From Terriglobia bacterium (GTDB lineage: Bacteria; Acidobacteriota; Terriglobia; JAJPHL01; JAPKYU01), in contig CBDBKE010000004.1 of NCBI GenBank assembly GCA_965206645.1, forward strand, positions 736,001 to 800,000: DNA of 64,000 nt. The letters are read 5' to 3'. The position numbers and the translations under genes were made by a program. Below the pieces are notes generated by a model. That model did not search any database. It saw nothing but the letters and a program-made list of their open reading frames with translations, and had not been told where the DNA came from. Each line of letters begins with the position of its first letter. Position 1 is the stretch's first letter. Positions 11,207 through 22,412 of this stretch are shown piece by piece.

Positions 11207-12448
11207 CTATTCTGCGGCCGGCACTTCGCCCGTGGCGTCGTAATGGGTGGCCACGTAGTTCTCCAGGAGGCGGATGAAGTCCGCGACGATGGTGGAGCCT
11301 TTCAGGGTCAGCAGCAGCCGGCCGTCGGCGTAGACGGGCGCCTTGGGTTCCTCGAAGGTGCCGGGCAGGGAGATGCCGATGTGCGCGTGCTTGGACTCGC
11401 CCGGCCCGTTGACTACGCAGCCCATCACCGCCACGCGCAGCTCTTCCACGCCGGAGTGCCGCTCGCGCCACACCGGCATCTGGTCGCGCAGGTAGGTCTG
11501 AATCTGGTCGGCCATCTCCTGGAAAAAGGTACTGGTGGTGCGGCCGCAGCCTGGGCAGGCGCTGACCTGCGGAGTGAAGCTGCGAAGCCCGAGCGACTGC
11601 AGGATTTGCTGGGCCACTAGCACCTCCTCGGTACGGTCGCCGCCGGGCGCCGGAGTTAGCGAGACTCGGATGGTGTCGCCGATGCCCTCCTGCAGCAGAA
11701 TGGCCAAGGCCGCGGTGCTGGCCACGATGCCTTTGACGCCCAGGCCAGCTTCGGTCAAGCCCAGGTGCAGCGGGTACTCGCAACGGGCGGCCAGCGTGCG
11801 GTAGGTGTCAATTAGGCTCTGCGCGCTGGAGACCTTGGCGCTGAGGATGATGTCGCTGTTGGGTAGCCCGTATTCCTCGGCCCGGCGGGCCGAGCGTAGC
11901 GCGCTCTCGACCATCGCCTCCTCGGTCACTTCCTCGGCGCCGCGCGGACGCGCCTGGCGCGCGTTTTCATCCATCAGCCGGGTCAGAAGCGCCTGGTCCA
12001 GCGAGCCCCAATTCACACCGATCCGCACCGGCTTGCCGTGATCGAGCGCCACTCGGATCATGGTGCGGAAATTCTCATCCTGTTTCTTGCCGATATCTAC
12101 ATTGCCGGGGTTGATGCGGTACTTGGCCAGCCGCCGGGCGCACTCCGGATAGCGGCTCAGCAGCAAGTGTCCGTTGTAATGGAAGTCGCCGATCAGGGGA
12201 ACGCTCACCCCTCTGGCTTCCAGGCCGTCGGCGATAGCGGGCACTGCCTTCGCCGCAGCCTCGGTGTTGACGGTGATCCGCACTAGCTCCGAGCCGGCCC
12301 TGGCCAGCGTCGCCGCCTGCTCGACCGTAGCGTTCACGTCGACGGTGTCGGTGTTGGTCATGGATTGCACGACGATCGGGTGCGGACCGCCGACCTTCAC
12401 GTCGCCGACCTCCGCCACTACCGATTTTCTGCGCCGGATCTCGGCCAT
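11207..12448 (-). CDS. ispG: (E)-4-hydroxy-3-methylbut-2-enyl-diphosphate synthase
   Basis: [41 protein letters not shown]. Confidence 0.97.
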   Translation of the reverse strand: MAEIRRRKSVVAEVGDVKVGGPHPIVVQSMTNTDTVDVNATVEQAATLARAGSELVRITVNTEAAAKAVPAIADGLEARGVSVPLIGDFHYNGHLLLSRYPECARRLAKYRINPGNVDIGKKQDENFRTMIRVALDHGKPVRIGVNWGSLDQALLTRLMDENARQARPRGAEEVTEEAMVESALRSARRAEEYGLPNSDIILSAKVSSAQSLIDTYRTLAARCEYPLHLGLTEAGLGVKGIVASTAALAILLQEGIGDTIRVSLTPAPGGDRTEEVLVAQQILQSLGLRSFTPQVSACPGCGRTTSTFFQEMADQIQTYLRDQMPVWRERHSGVEELRVAVMGCVVNGPGESKHAHIGISLPGTFEEPKAPVYADGRLLLTLKGSTIVADFIRLLENYVATHYDATGEVPAAE

Positions 12449-12549
12449 CGCGCTATTCTAGCATGTGTCCCACGAGCCACCGGCCCGGCTGGTCCAGGCT
12501 ATGCAGATGGAACTCGATTCGGAGACAATAGTGGGACTAGACTAGTCCC

Positions 12550-14383
12550 ATGACAGGCGTTCTCGTGCGTTTGCTGAAGCGCATTCCCACTCCTACCCTG
12601 AAACGCATTCCCATTCTCTCGGTGATTTTCGCCGTGCTGCTGCTGGTCAGCGTGGCGCCCTTGCTCATCTACGGCTGAATGGTCATCGGTATAAACCGGA
12701 ACGCGCTGGAGACTAACGAGCAAGAACTACAGAACACGATCACCTATTCGGTGGCCGAGGAGATCAAGCTGTATGACTCCAGCCAGCGGCAGCAGCTCCA
12801 AACCCTGCTGAAGACGCTGGAACCGACTGATCCAAAGGCGCCGTTCTGGGATTTGCCCTACATTCGCAGCACCCTGAAGCAGTTTTACGATTCCAATCCG
12901 AATCTGCTCTACGTCACCCTGCTGAACGAGCAGGCGACCGGCATCCAGTATCCCCCAGCTACGATGCGGAACGCGATCCCTTCCTGGGCAAGGCTCTGCG
13001 GGGGGCCTTTACCGCCGCCCAGCAGAACCAGCCCATGCAGAGCGACCCAGTGCTGGTACAACGCGGGCCCATGCACCTGCCAGTAATGGTGGATTCCTTG
13101 CCGGTGATGCGACGCGACCGCTTCCGCGGGATGCTGGCGGGAGTGGTGGACCTAGAGCCGCTGGTCCAGCGCTTGGGGGCTTCCAGCAGGCACGGCCTGG
13201 ACGTGTTCGTGGTGAATTCCGCCGGGCGACTGATGCTACACCACGACCTTTCCGAGCACACCATCGGACAGGACATGTCGGGGCTGCGGATCGTGGGAGA
13301 GTTTTTGCAGAAAGATGCCCCGGAACGCGGCCCGACCATTGAGTACGAGATCAGCGAGGAGGGGAGAAAAGTGCCCATGCTGGGAACCTACTCTGCGGCG
13401 CGGAGCTTGAGTTGGGCAGTCATCGCGCAGAAGCCTCAGAAAGCCGCTTATTACTCCGCCTCGCAAATGGCGCTGGTCACCACGCTGTGGGGCGTGGTGG
13501 CGCTGGTGATTAGTCTGGTAGTGGCTTACTTCTCTGCACTGAGGATCACCACCCCCATCAACGTGCTGACCCGTTCCAGCCGGGCCATCGCCCGCGGCGA
13601 CTTCAGCCAGCGCATCCACCTCAAGAGTCGCACCGAAATCGGTGAGCTGGCCGCCACCTTCAACCAGATGACTGGCGAACTGGAGCAGTACGTGGCGCAG
13701 TTGAAGCGGGCAGCCGAGGAAAACCATGAGCTATTCCTCTCCTCGATCCGCACGATTGCCGCCGCGGTGGACGAAAAGGACCCCTATACCCATGGCCACT
13801 CCGAGCGCGTCACCCGCTACTCGGTGCTGATTGGCACCCAAATGGGCCTTACCGAGGAGGAGCTTTACAAGGTCAAGATCGCCGGGCTACTTCATGACGT
13901 GGGCAAGATCGGCATCGAGGACCGCATCCTGAAGAAACCCGGTGCCCTGACGCCGGAAGAGTTCGAGATCATGAAGCAGCACACCAGCAAGGGAGCCACC
14001 ATCTTGCGGCCGATCGAGAAGCTGCAGGAGATGATCCCCGGAGTGGAGCTGCACCATGAATCGCTGGACGGCCGCGGCTATCCGCACGGAGTGAAGGGCG
14101 ACGAGATTCCGGTGATTGCGCGCATCATCAGCGTGGCCGACACCTTCCGCACGGAGTGAAGGGCGACGAGATTCCGGTGATTGCGCGCATCATCAGCGTG
14201 GCCGACACCTTTGACGCCATGACCACCCACCGACCCTACCAGGCTGCCAAGCAGCCCGAGGTGGCACTGCAGTACATCCTCTCGCAGGTCAACAAAAGAT
14301 TTGACCCCCGCTGTGCCGAGGCGCTGCAGCAATTGATCGAAAGCGGCCAGTTGCGGGCCACCCGCGCAGCTCTGGTCGTCTAA
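12550..14383 (+). CDS. Membrane Cache/HAMP HD-GYP phosphodiesterase, broken by TGA at 12676-12678, a frameshift near 12955 and a 65-bp tandem duplication
   Basis: TM-Cache-TM-HAMP, then DPYTHGHSERV, LHDVGKIG, HHESLDGRGYP, ADTFDAMT; pieces joined across ORFs 12679, 13035 and 14156. Confidence 0.8.
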
Positions 14384-14470
14384 ATCTAACATCCAAAGTT
14401 AAACATCGGAAGTCGAGGTGGGCCGGCTCGACTGCAAGGCGCGTGCTATCATTTAGCCGGGCGGTTTTGT

Positions 14471-15442
14471 ATGCCAATCCAGACGCTGTTCGGGCCACAG
14501 CCACCTTCCGGTGTCTTCGAGCGCCTGCAGCAGGCCGTCAGCTCCACCAAGGAGAACCTGACCGGCCGGCTCGACGAGGTATTTCGTGGCCACAAGGAAA
14601 TTGATCCCGAGCTGCTGGAGCAGCTCGAAATCGCCTTGATCGGAGCCGACCTGGGTGTGACGACCACTGCCGAAGTCCTAGAAGCAGTGCGGGAGCAGGT
14701 GGACCGCAACCAGGTTGCCGACGCCGCACAGGTGAGGGAACTGGTTAAGCAGCAACTGCTGGCGATCCTGAAACGCACGGCCGTCGACGGCGTCCGCCAT
14801 CCGGCCCCGCCGACCGTGGTTCTGATCGTGGGAGTGAACGGGACCGGCAAGACAACCACGATCGGCAAGCTGGCCCACCAGCTTCGGTCCGACCAGAAAC
14901 GGGTGCTTCTGTGCGCGTCCGACACGTTCCGCGCGGCCGCCATCGAGCAACTGGAAATCTGGGCTGAGCGCACCGGCTGTGACCTGGTGAAGCAAAAGCC
15001 AGGCGCCGATCCCAGTGCCGTGCTCTTCGACGCGCTTCAGGCGGCCCGGGCTCGCGGCTTGGACTGCGTGTTGGTGGATACCGCCGGCAGGCTGCACACC
15101 AAAAGTAACCTGATGGCAGAGCTGGAAAAGATGCGCCGTACCGCCGCCCGCGTCATCCCTGGGGCGCCGCACGAAGTGTTGCTGGTTCTGGACGCCACCA
15201 CCGGCCAGAATGGCCTCCAGCAGGCGCGCCAGTTCACACGCTCGGCCGGGGTCACCGGCTTGGTGCTGGCCAAGCTGGACGGTACGGCCAAAGGCGGCGT
15301 GGCCGTGGCCATCGCCCGCGAATTGAAGCTGCCCATTCACTACGTGGGCATCGGCGAAAAAAAAGACGATCTGATACCCTTCGATCCTGAGCAGTTCATT
15401 GAGTCCTTGTTCCAGGACAAGCTTTCGGAAAAGGCGTCTTGA
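14471..15442 (+). CDS. ftsY: Signal recognition particle receptor
   Basis: GVNGTGKTTT, DTFRAAA, DTAGR, KLDGTAKGG. Confidence 0.97.
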   Translation: MPIQTLFGPQPPSGVFERLQQAVSSTKENLTGRLDEVFRGHKEIDPELLEQLEIALIGADLGVTTTAEVLEAVREQVDRNQVADAAQVRELVKQQLLAILKRTAVDGVRHPAPPTVVLIVGVNGTGKTTTIGKLAHQLRSDQKRVLLCASDTFRAAAIEQLEIWAERTGCDLVKQKPGADPSAVLFDALQAARARGLDCVLVDTAGRLHTKSNLMAELEKMRRTAARVIPGAPHEVLLVLDATTGQNGLQQARQFTRSAGVTGLVLAKLDGTAKGGVAVAIARELKLPIHYVGIGEKKDDLIPFDPEQFIESLFQDKLSEKAS

Positions 15443-16620
15443 TGGGTTTCCCATCGCAGCCTGCGTTCCCAGCCACCGTCCCTCCCGCTCCCGCTTCTCC
15501 GACCGACCTAGCGTTTCTCCGACGGGCCCTGGAGCTGGCCGGGGCCGGCGAGGGGTTGACAAGTCCAAATCCGCTGGTGGGCGCAGTTGTGGTGCGCGAT
15601 GGGCGCGTCTGCGGCGAAGGCAGCTACACTTACGACGGCCTGCGCCACGCCGAAGTACAGGCGCTGGAGCAGGCAGGCGACGCGGCACGCGGCTCCACGC
15701 TCTACGTGAATCTGGAGCCCTGCTGCCACCAGGGACGCACCGGACCCTGCACGGAAGCGCTGATCCAGGCGGGTGTGGCGCACGTGGTGGGGGGCATGCG
15801 CGACCCCAACCCGCAGGTGTGCGGAAAAGGATTCGCCCGGCTGCGGGCGGCCGGCATCGCGGTCGAGGAGGCCGTGCTCGCCGAGCAGTGCCAGGGCCTG
15901 AATGAACACTTCGCTCGATACATCCGAGGCGGCGTATTCGTCACCCTGAAAGGGGCGATGACGCTGGACGGTCGGATCGCCGCTCCCGAAGCCGGCGACA
16001 AGCGGCCCGGCTGGATCACCGGCGGGGAAGCGCGCGCCTGCGTACAGCAGCTGCGCCACCGCCACGATGCGCTGGTGACCGGCGTGGGCACGGTACTGGC
16101 CGACGACCCGCTCCTGACCGACCGCAGCGGCCGGCACCGGCGCCGCACACTGCTGCGGGTGGTGCTGGACTCGGCGCTGCGCCTGCCGCCCGAAAGCCAG
16201 CTGGCTCAATCGGCGCGGGACGATGTGCTGGTCGTCTGCGCAACCGATCCGCCCCAGGCTCGCGCTCAGGCGCTCGAGCAGCGCGGGGTGGAAATCCTTC
16301 GGCTCGGCAGCAGCGGAAGCAGCGCACGGCCGGCCTGGGCAGCCGTGCTGGCTGCGTTGCGTCAACGCGAGGTCACCAGCGTGTTGCTTGAAGCCGGCGC
16401 AACCCTGAACGCCACCGCCTTGGAAAGCGGCGTTGTGGACAAGGTGATGCTCTTCTACGCGCCAAAGCTGCTGGGCGGCCAGGATGCCGTGTCACTCTTT
16501 GGCGGCCGTGGCCTCCGCTCGCTGCGGGACGCCCTGCCCGTTCGTGTCACCGATCTGCGGCCTGTCGGCGAGGATTTCCTGGTAGAAGGCTACCTGCGCC
16601 CGATCTTCGACGAGGATTGA
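15439..16620 (+). CDS. ribD: Riboflavin deaminase/reductase
   Basis: PNPLVGAV, HAE, LEPCCHQGRTGPC, DDPLLT. Confidence 0.95.
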   Translation: MMGFPSQPAFPATVPPAPASPTDLAFLRRALELAGAGEGLTSPNPLVGAVVVRDGRVCGEGSYTYDGLRHAEVQALEQAGDAARGSTLYVNLEPCCHQGRTGPCTEALIQAGVAHVVGGMRDPNPQVCGKGFARLRAAGIAVEEAVLAEQCQGLNEHFARYIRGGVFVTLKGAMTLDGRIAAPEAGDKRPGWITGGEARACVQQLRHRHDALVTGVGTVLADDPLLTDRSGRHRRRTLLRVVLDSALRLPPESQLAQSARDDVLVVCATDPPQARAQALEQRGVEILRLGSSGSSARPAWAAVLAALRQREVTSVLLEAGATLNATALESGVVDKVMLFYAPKLLGGQDAVSLFGGRGLRSLRDALPVRVTDLRPVGEDFLVEGYLRPIFDED

Positions 16621-16622
16621 CG

Positions 16623-17285
16623 ATGTTTACAGGCATCATTGAAGCAGCCGGACAGGTGGCGGAGTTGACCGCCCCGGCTGGCCCTGTTTTGGAAGCGGCC
16701 GGGCGCCGGCTCGTGGTGCGCGCGCCGCTGGCGTCAGAATTGCATACCTCCGACAGCATTGCTGTCAATGGAGTCTGCCTCACCGTGCTTGCCGCTGACA
16801 GCAAGTCGTTCCGCTGCGACCTGTCGCCGGAAACCGTAGACCGCACCAACCTGGGCGCGCTGGTGCCCGGTTCATTGGTGAATTTAGAGCGCCCGCTGAC
16901 GCTAAACTCGCCTCTGGGCGGGCATCTGGTCCAGGGACACGTGGACGGCGTGGCCGAAGTGCTCTCCTACCGATCTCTGGACGCTGAAGACAACTACTGG
17001 TTAGAAGCGCGTGTGCCAGCGGAGCTGCTCCGCTACGTGGCCTGGAAGGGCTCTGCGGCCCTGAATGGCATCAGCCTCACGGTAGCCTCGCTCGAAGAGG
17101 ATGTGCTGGGGTTGGCTGTTGTCCCCTACACGCACAAGCACACCAACCTGCACGCCTGCCAGCCGGGCGACCAGCTTAACCTGGAGTGTGATCTGCTGGC
17201 CCGCCACCTGGAACGCCTGCTGGCAAACGTTGAGCGCCCCGCCGAAACCCTCACCCTGGATCGCCTGGTCCAGGAAGGCTTCTAA
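16623..17285 (+). CDS. ribE: Riboflavin synthase alpha chain
   Basis: MFTGIIE, SIAVNGVCLTV, GGHLVQGHVDG. Confidence 0.95.
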   Translation: MFTGIIEAAGQVAELTAPAGPVLEAAGRRLVVRAPLASELHTSDSIAVNGVCLTVLAADSKSFRCDLSPETVDRTNLGALVPGSLVNLERPLTLNSPLGGHLVQGHVDGVAEVLSYRSLDAEDNYWLEARVPAELLRYVAWKGSAALNGISLTVASLEEDVLGLAVVPYTHKHTNLHACQPGDQLNLECDLLARHLERLLANVERPAETLTLDRLVQEGF

Positions 17286-17391
17286 TTAAAGTTGCAAATT
17301 CTCAGATCGCTCACTATACAAAGCAGGAGATTGCAGGTCGTAATCTAAGGGATATACCTCATGTAAGATGTGGCCCAGTTAGGAGGCTCAT

Positions 17392-18785
17392 TTGAAAATT
17401 TTAGCCAAACGGTCGGTCTCTCACACCGAGCATGATCAGGTGATACATCCTAAGCTTCGCATGATGCGCAACAGCAGCGGGCGCGTAAATTTGGCTCGGT
17501 CGCAACAGTGCGCTTGCGTGGCTACCGATCAGGTCAAATTGCTGGATGAAACGCCACTCGTGCAGGCGGCCCCAGAAATCCTGCTCACGCAGAAAAGGCG
17601 GAAGAAGCGACCAAAATCCCTGGATGAGGTGGAGAGCCAGACAAGGGTAAACGTCTTTGTCGAGTTTGATGGCCGCATCAAATCCCCGGCGAAACTTGGT
17701 CTTGAAACAGGACGATTAGGCAACATTGTTACAGCGCAGGTGCCCCTGGCAGAAATCGGAGAGATCGCAGGACGTAGTGATGTCAGTTTTGTTAGTCGGG
17801 GCGATCCTCTACGCCGACCCAGATTCGCGACCTCCTTTGTTAGCGGAGTTGCCGGGAATTCCCACTCGGAAATCACTGTCCAGGCTCTTGCGGAGACCCG
17901 CAATCTGCACCGAGACGGGCTCCTAGACAACGGGAAGCCTGTTCTAATTGGTGTGATCGATGTAGATGGTTTCGACTTCAGCCGTCCGGATTTTCTCGAC
18001 CAACAAGGGCATACGCGGTTCTTTCGCATATGGGATCAAGGAGGAACCCACCGCTCGACGCCAAAAGCCAATGAAAACGCCCCCTACGACTATGGCTCCG
18101 AGCTGACTGCGGACCATTTGAACGCCGCTTTGACGGCTAACGTCGGCGTTTCTCCCGTTGATCTCGAACCTCAGTCGCAGAGTTTTGCCGGGTCGCACGG
18201 GACTCACGTAGCAAGCATTGCCGGTGGGAACAGCGGGGTCTGTCCCAGAGCGATTCTTGCGGCGGTCTTGATCGATCTACCACCTGAGGACAATGATCGT
18301 AGAAGGTCGTTCTACGATTCTACGAGGCTTGCACACGCCATTGACTATCTGTTCCGCATCGCAGACGAGTTGGGCGTTCCGGCCTCGATCAACATCAGCC
18401 TCGGGACGAATTCGCATGCGCACGACGCCAGCAGCGCGATGAGTCGCTGGGCCGACTCCGCGCTCGCGGTTCCTGGACGCAGTATTTGCGTAGCCGCTGG
18501 CAACTCAGGTCAAGAGGGTCCAATGGAAGAGGGGGATTTGGGCTTCATCATGGGCCGCATTCATACCAGCGGGCGGATTCAGGCAGCGGGCCTGGATCAC
18601 GATATCCGATGGCTCGTGGTGGGTGACGGCCTGGAAGACATTTCTGAGAACGAACTCGAGATTTGGTACGAAGCGCAAGACCGTATCTCCATATCGATCA
18701 GGACGCCCGGCGGGGACTGGATTGGACCGATCAAGCCACAAGAGTTTCTAGAGAATCATATTCTCGACGACGGGAGTCTGGTTAG
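17392..18785 (+). pseudogene. S8 (subtilase) peptidase truncated by IS3
   Basis: IGVIDVDGFD (Asp), HGTHVASIAGG (His), AAGN (oxyanion). No GTSMA Ser motif before the IS end at 18786. Confidence 0.8.
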
Positions 18786-18823
18786 TGACCAGACCGATTT
18801 TTTGTACCAACCGTAGTGAGAGT

Positions 18824-19777
18824 TTACATCGCAGCCTGGGGCTGTGAAACTGGTTTCAGTGGCAGGGGAGGGCTATAGGCCCCCGGCGCCGGGGGCCTAT
18901 AGCCGAGCGCCGAGTGCGGCCGCACCGTGTTGTATTGCACCCTCCACTGTTCAATCACCACCTGTGCCTCCTTCAACGAGTAGAAGATCTCTCCATTCAG
19001 GCATTCGTCCCGCAGCTTCCCATTGAAACTCTCGCAGTACCCGTTCTCCCAGGGACTGCCCGGTTCGATGTACAGTGTCCCGGTCCCTAGATTTGCCAAC
19101 CACTGGCGCAGTTGTTTGGCGATGAACTCGGGACCATTGTCGGATCGAATCTGTTCCGGTATCCCTCGCCACAACATCACGTCCGACAACGCCTCAATGA
19201 TTTGTTGGCTGCCCATCCTCCGCTCCACCCGGATCTGTTCCGGTATCCCTCGCCACAACATCACGTCCGACAACGCCTCAATGATTTGTTGGCTGCCCAT
19301 CCTCCGCTCCACCCGGATCGCCAGGCATTCCCGCGTGTACTCATCCAGCAAGGTCAGCAGCCGCAGCGTTCTCCCCTCGTGCGTTCTGGCACTCATGAAG
19401 TCGTAGCTCCACACGTGGTTCGGTCGCTCCGGCCTCAGTCGTACACAGGAACCGTCGTTCAGCCACAGCCGTCCTCGCGGCCTTTGTTTTTGCGGCACTT
19501 TCAGCCCTTCCCGCCGCCAAATCCGCTGCACCCGGTCCTTGCCCACTTCCCAGCCCGCACTCCGCAGCAACGCTGTGATCCTCCGGTAGCCATATCGCCC
19601 GTACTTCGCTCCCAGGGCAATGATCGCTCGGGTCAGAGCATCCTCGTCCACCCGATGAATCGGCTCGTATCGTTGTGTCCCTCGCCATTGCCCCAGCAGC
19701 CGGCAGGCATGCCGTTCCGACAACCCGTGTTGCTCCCACGCACGCTCCACCGCACAACGCCGCCGCTCAGGGCTCAG
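18824..19777 (-). CDS. IS3 transposase OrfB (DDE), with an 84-bp in-frame duplication
   Basis: YGYRRI, WSYDF, SDNGPEF, PGSPWENGYCESFNG; duplication at 19149-19319. Confidence 0.9.
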   Translation of the reverse strand: MSPERRRCAVERAWEQHGLSERHACRLLGQWRGTQRYEPIHRVDEDALTRAIIALGAKYGRYGYRRITALLRSAGWEVGKDRVQRIWRREGLKVPQKQRPRGRLWLNDGSCVRLRPERPNHVWSYDFMSARTHEGRTLRLLTLLDEYTRECLAIRVERRMGSQQIIEALSDVMLWRGIPEQIRVERRMGSQQIIEALSDVMLWRGIPEQIRSDNGPEFIAKQLRQWLANLGTGTLYIEPGSPWENGYCESFNGKLRDECLNGEIFYSLKEAQVVIEQWRVQYNTVRPHSALGYRPPAPGAYSPPLPLKPVSQPQAAM

Positions 19778-20052
19778 AAGTTTCCCTGTGCCACATCCCG
19801 CAGTACCTGCTTCTCCAGAGAAAGCTCCGCTACCAACCGCTTCAGCCGCGTGTTTTCCTTCTCCAACTCCTTTAGCCGTTTTGCCTGCACCACCTTCAGC
19901 CCGCCGTATTCCTTCCGCCACCGGTAGTAGGTTTGGGTGTGGATTCCAGCTTCTTTGCAGGCTTGGGGCGCAGTCTTCCCGTTCCCCATCTGCACTTCTA
20001 TCTGCCGTAGCACCGCTACAATCTGCTCCGGCTTGTAACTCCTTGTCGGCAT
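19774..20052 (-). CDS. IS3 transposase OrfA (HTH)
   Basis: TYYRWRKEYGGL...LKELEKENTRLKRLVAELSL. Confidence 0.9.
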   Translation of the reverse strand: MPTRSYKPEQIVAVLRQIEVQMGNGKTAPQACKEAGIHTQTYYRWRKEYGGLKVVQAKRLKELEKENTRLKRLVAELSLEKQVLRDVAQGNF

Positions 20053-20144
20053 GACCTCACTTCCTCCTCAAGTGGATTCTCTCTCTTTCCACTTGGTACA
20101 AAAAGTGCCGGTCAGGTCACTGTTCATCTGCAAATCCCTGCAGC

Positions 20145-22067
20145 TCAGTACCGGTCGCCGGCGCCGTTGCCCAACGGAAGCGCCAGCGTAAATTTCGAGC
20201 CGCGGCCCGGCCCGCTCTCCACCAGCACCGTGCCGCCGTGGTGGCTGGCAATTTCTTTCACGATGGAAAGCCCCAGCCCCAACCCCGGCTGCCCGGAGCC
20301 CTGGGCGTTTTCGCTGCGATAAAAACGATCGAAGATGCGAGCCTGATCAGCAGCCGCGATTCCGGGGCCCTGATCGCTCACCTCCAGGAAGGCCATACCC
20401 AGGTCCGCGTTCGCGCGAACCGTCACCTCGACCGCGCTGCTTTCCGGTGAATACTTGATGGCGTTGCTCAGCAGATTATACAGTGCGAATTCCAGCAACT
20501 CGGAATCGCCCACGGTCTCTAGTTCCCCGCTGGTCACCGCCCGGACTTGGATGTTCTTGCGTTCGGCCAACGGCTGGACCCTTTCCATGGTTCGTTCCAC
20601 CAAGGACCGCAGCGGCACCGATTGACGGCGCAACTCCATTTCGCCCGCCGAGAGACGCTCGACGTCCAGAAACCGTTCCACCAGCGTGGCCAGGCGTCGC
20701 GACTCGCGGTGGATGAGCTCGGTCAACTGCTGCCGCCGGGCCTCATTCAACGGGTATCGACTCATGACTTCGCTGGAGCCCTGGATGGCAGTCAGCGGCG
20801 AGCGCATCTCGTGGGCGACCAGATCCAGGTGGTCCCGGAAGCGCCGGCTGGTCGCGTCGGCGGCCACAAGACGACGCCAGACGGTCAGGTACTGGAAGAT
20901 GCCACCGACCAGCAATGGTCCCCACAAGGCCAGCGAGAAGGAGAAGGCGGGCGCGAGCAGTTGCCGGCTGGTGAACAAAACGTAAGGCACGGTGTGCGCG
21001 GCAACGGCAACGACCGTCAGGGCCACAGCCAGCCAGACGCCCGTGAGCGTCCGCAGCGCCGCCGCCACCACGGCGGCGATGCCCGCCATGATGGCAAGCG
21101 ACGTTGTCGCGCGCAGCGGCTCGAGGAAGCTGTCGGTCATCAACATGTGGAGAATATGGGCGTGGATTTCCACGCCCGGCATGCCACGGCCCGGACTGGA
21201 AAACGGCGTGAACAGGCGGTCGCCTGCCCCCTGCGCCGTCACCCCGAGTAGTACTGCCCGGCCGGCAAAAGTGTCCGGCGTCAGTTCTCCCGTCACTACC
21301 TGACCGAGGCTGTAGCGGGGAAAAACTCCCTCGCCACCGGCGTAGTTGATCAGCAGCGCGCGCCGGCGCTCACGCGAAGCGGGAATCATATGGCTGCTCA
21401 CCGCCAGCGTGCGCTCGTCTTCGACGACCGGCCCGCTCTGGCCGGTTTGGATGCGTAGCGCTTCCAAGGCAAGCGCCCAGCGCCTCTCGCCCGCGACGGA
21501 CTTGGCCAGCAGGATCCGCCGGCTGACCCCATCCAGGTCAGGATCCGCATGCACATGCCCGATCGCTGCGGCCGCCTCCGCAAAGGATGGGAGCGGGTGG
21601 AGCCAGCGCGCCGGGCGCGGATCGGCAGGATCTTTCTTAACCAGTGGCTTGACCGGTGGCTTGACCAGTGGCTTAACCAAGCCGCCGGCCAGGACCGTCT
21701 GCGGGCAAGCCTGCAGGGCGGCAAGCAGCGCCTGGTCTCCTTCCGGGTTGGAGGGCTCGGGAAACAACAGGTCCAGTGCGATCACATTGGGACGGCCGCT
21801 ACAAATGCGCGTCAAAGCAGCCGCCACCAGACTGCGGTCCAGCGGGAGATTCCCGAAGCGCGCCAGGGTTTCGTCATCAATGGCCACAATGGCAATGCGC
21901 TCGACACCCGCCTTCTGTTCGCCCCGCAGGCGAAACAACAGGTCGGCGGCGTACTGGTTCATTTGCGCTCCGTAGGCGCTCCAGCCTAGCGCGGTTACCG
22001 CGAGCAGGCTGAGCGTAACCAGCACCGTGAAACCCAGCAGTTGAGATAAAGAATGCTTCGAACGCAT
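20145..22067 (-). CDS. CHASE2-domain sensor histidine kinase
   Basis: IVAIDDETL, MPGVEIHA, HEMRSPL, NLLSNAIKYS, DQGPGI, GLGLGL. Confidence 0.92.
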   Translation of the reverse strand: MRSKHSLSQLLGFTVLVTLSLLAVTALGWSAYGAQMNQYAADLLFRLRGEQKAGVERIAIVAIDDETLARFGNLPLDRSLVAAALTRICSGRPNVIALDLLFPEPSNPEGDQALLAALQACPQTVLAGGLVKPLVKPPVKPLVKKDPADPRPARWLHPLPSFAEAAAAIGHVHADPDLDGVSRRILLAKSVAGERRWALALEALRIQTGQSGPVVEDERTLAVSSHMIPASRERRRALLINYAGGEGVFPRYSLGQVVTGELTPDTFAGRAVLLGVTAQGAGDRLFTPFSSPGRGMPGVEIHAHILHMLMTDSFLEPLRATTSLAIMAGIAAVVAAALRTLTGVWLAVALTVVAVAAHTVPYVLFTSRQLLAPAFSFSLALWGPLLVGGIFQYLTVWRRLVAADATSRRFRDHLDLVAHEMRSPLTAIQGSSEVMSRYPLNEARRQQLTELIHRESRRLATLVERFLDVERLSAGEMELRRQSVPLRSLVERTMERVQPLAERKNIQVRAVTSGELETVGDSELLEFALYNLLSNAIKYSPESSAVEVTVRANADLGMAFLEVSDQGPGIAAADQARIFDRFYRSENAQGSGQPGLGLGLSIVKEIASHHGGTVLVESGPGRGSKFTLALPLGNGAGDRY

Positions 22068-22314
22068 GCAGGCTGATCTGGAATCGCCCTAATTCGTCTT
22101 CATTGTACCAGAGGCGCCAGGTTGGTAGCAGACGCTGGTCTATCGGGCGCAAAGACTACAAGACCGCCCAGTTCGGCGAAAGCAGGCACCGTGGAGACCA
22201 AACCTTCCAAGCCTGAACAGGCAGGGATGCCTGTCCCCAAGATTAGGCAGTGCGCCAGTTTCCGGTATGCCGACTATTCGCCCAACTGAAGCCGGGCCAA
22301 CTGAAGCCGGGATT

Positions 22315-22342
22315 GATAAACGCTAGCCCGTTAGTAGGGACT
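22315..22342 (+). other. Putative recombination site A (class 1)
   Basis: GATAAACGCTA-GCCCGT-TAGTAGGGACT followed by TATCCGGCA. Confidence 0.7.
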
Positions 22343-22412
22343 TATCCGGCATTCCTGGACATGCGACCCGGCAGGCTGTAGCCTTGGTCAATCGCTTTCC
22401 AGGAGGGCAGCC

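Larger units (their letters stand above)
18786..20119 (-). mobile_element. IS3-family insertion sequence
   Basis: Inverted repeats TGACCAGACCGATTTTTTGTACCAA / TTGGTACAAAAAGTGCCGGTCAGGTCA; overlapping orfA and orfB; no target duplication visible. Confidence 0.93.

Noticed and set aside
12529-12550. TAGTGGGACT half-site with palindrome TGGGACTAG-A-CTAGTCCCA
   Set aside because: No left arm or class-specific flank. More likely a local operator or hairpin at the start codon.
22217-22236. ACAGGCA-GGGA-TGCCTGT hairpin beside the element end
   Set aside because: Lies outside the target duplication and has no counterpart at copy 2; probably an ordinary REP-like hairpin.
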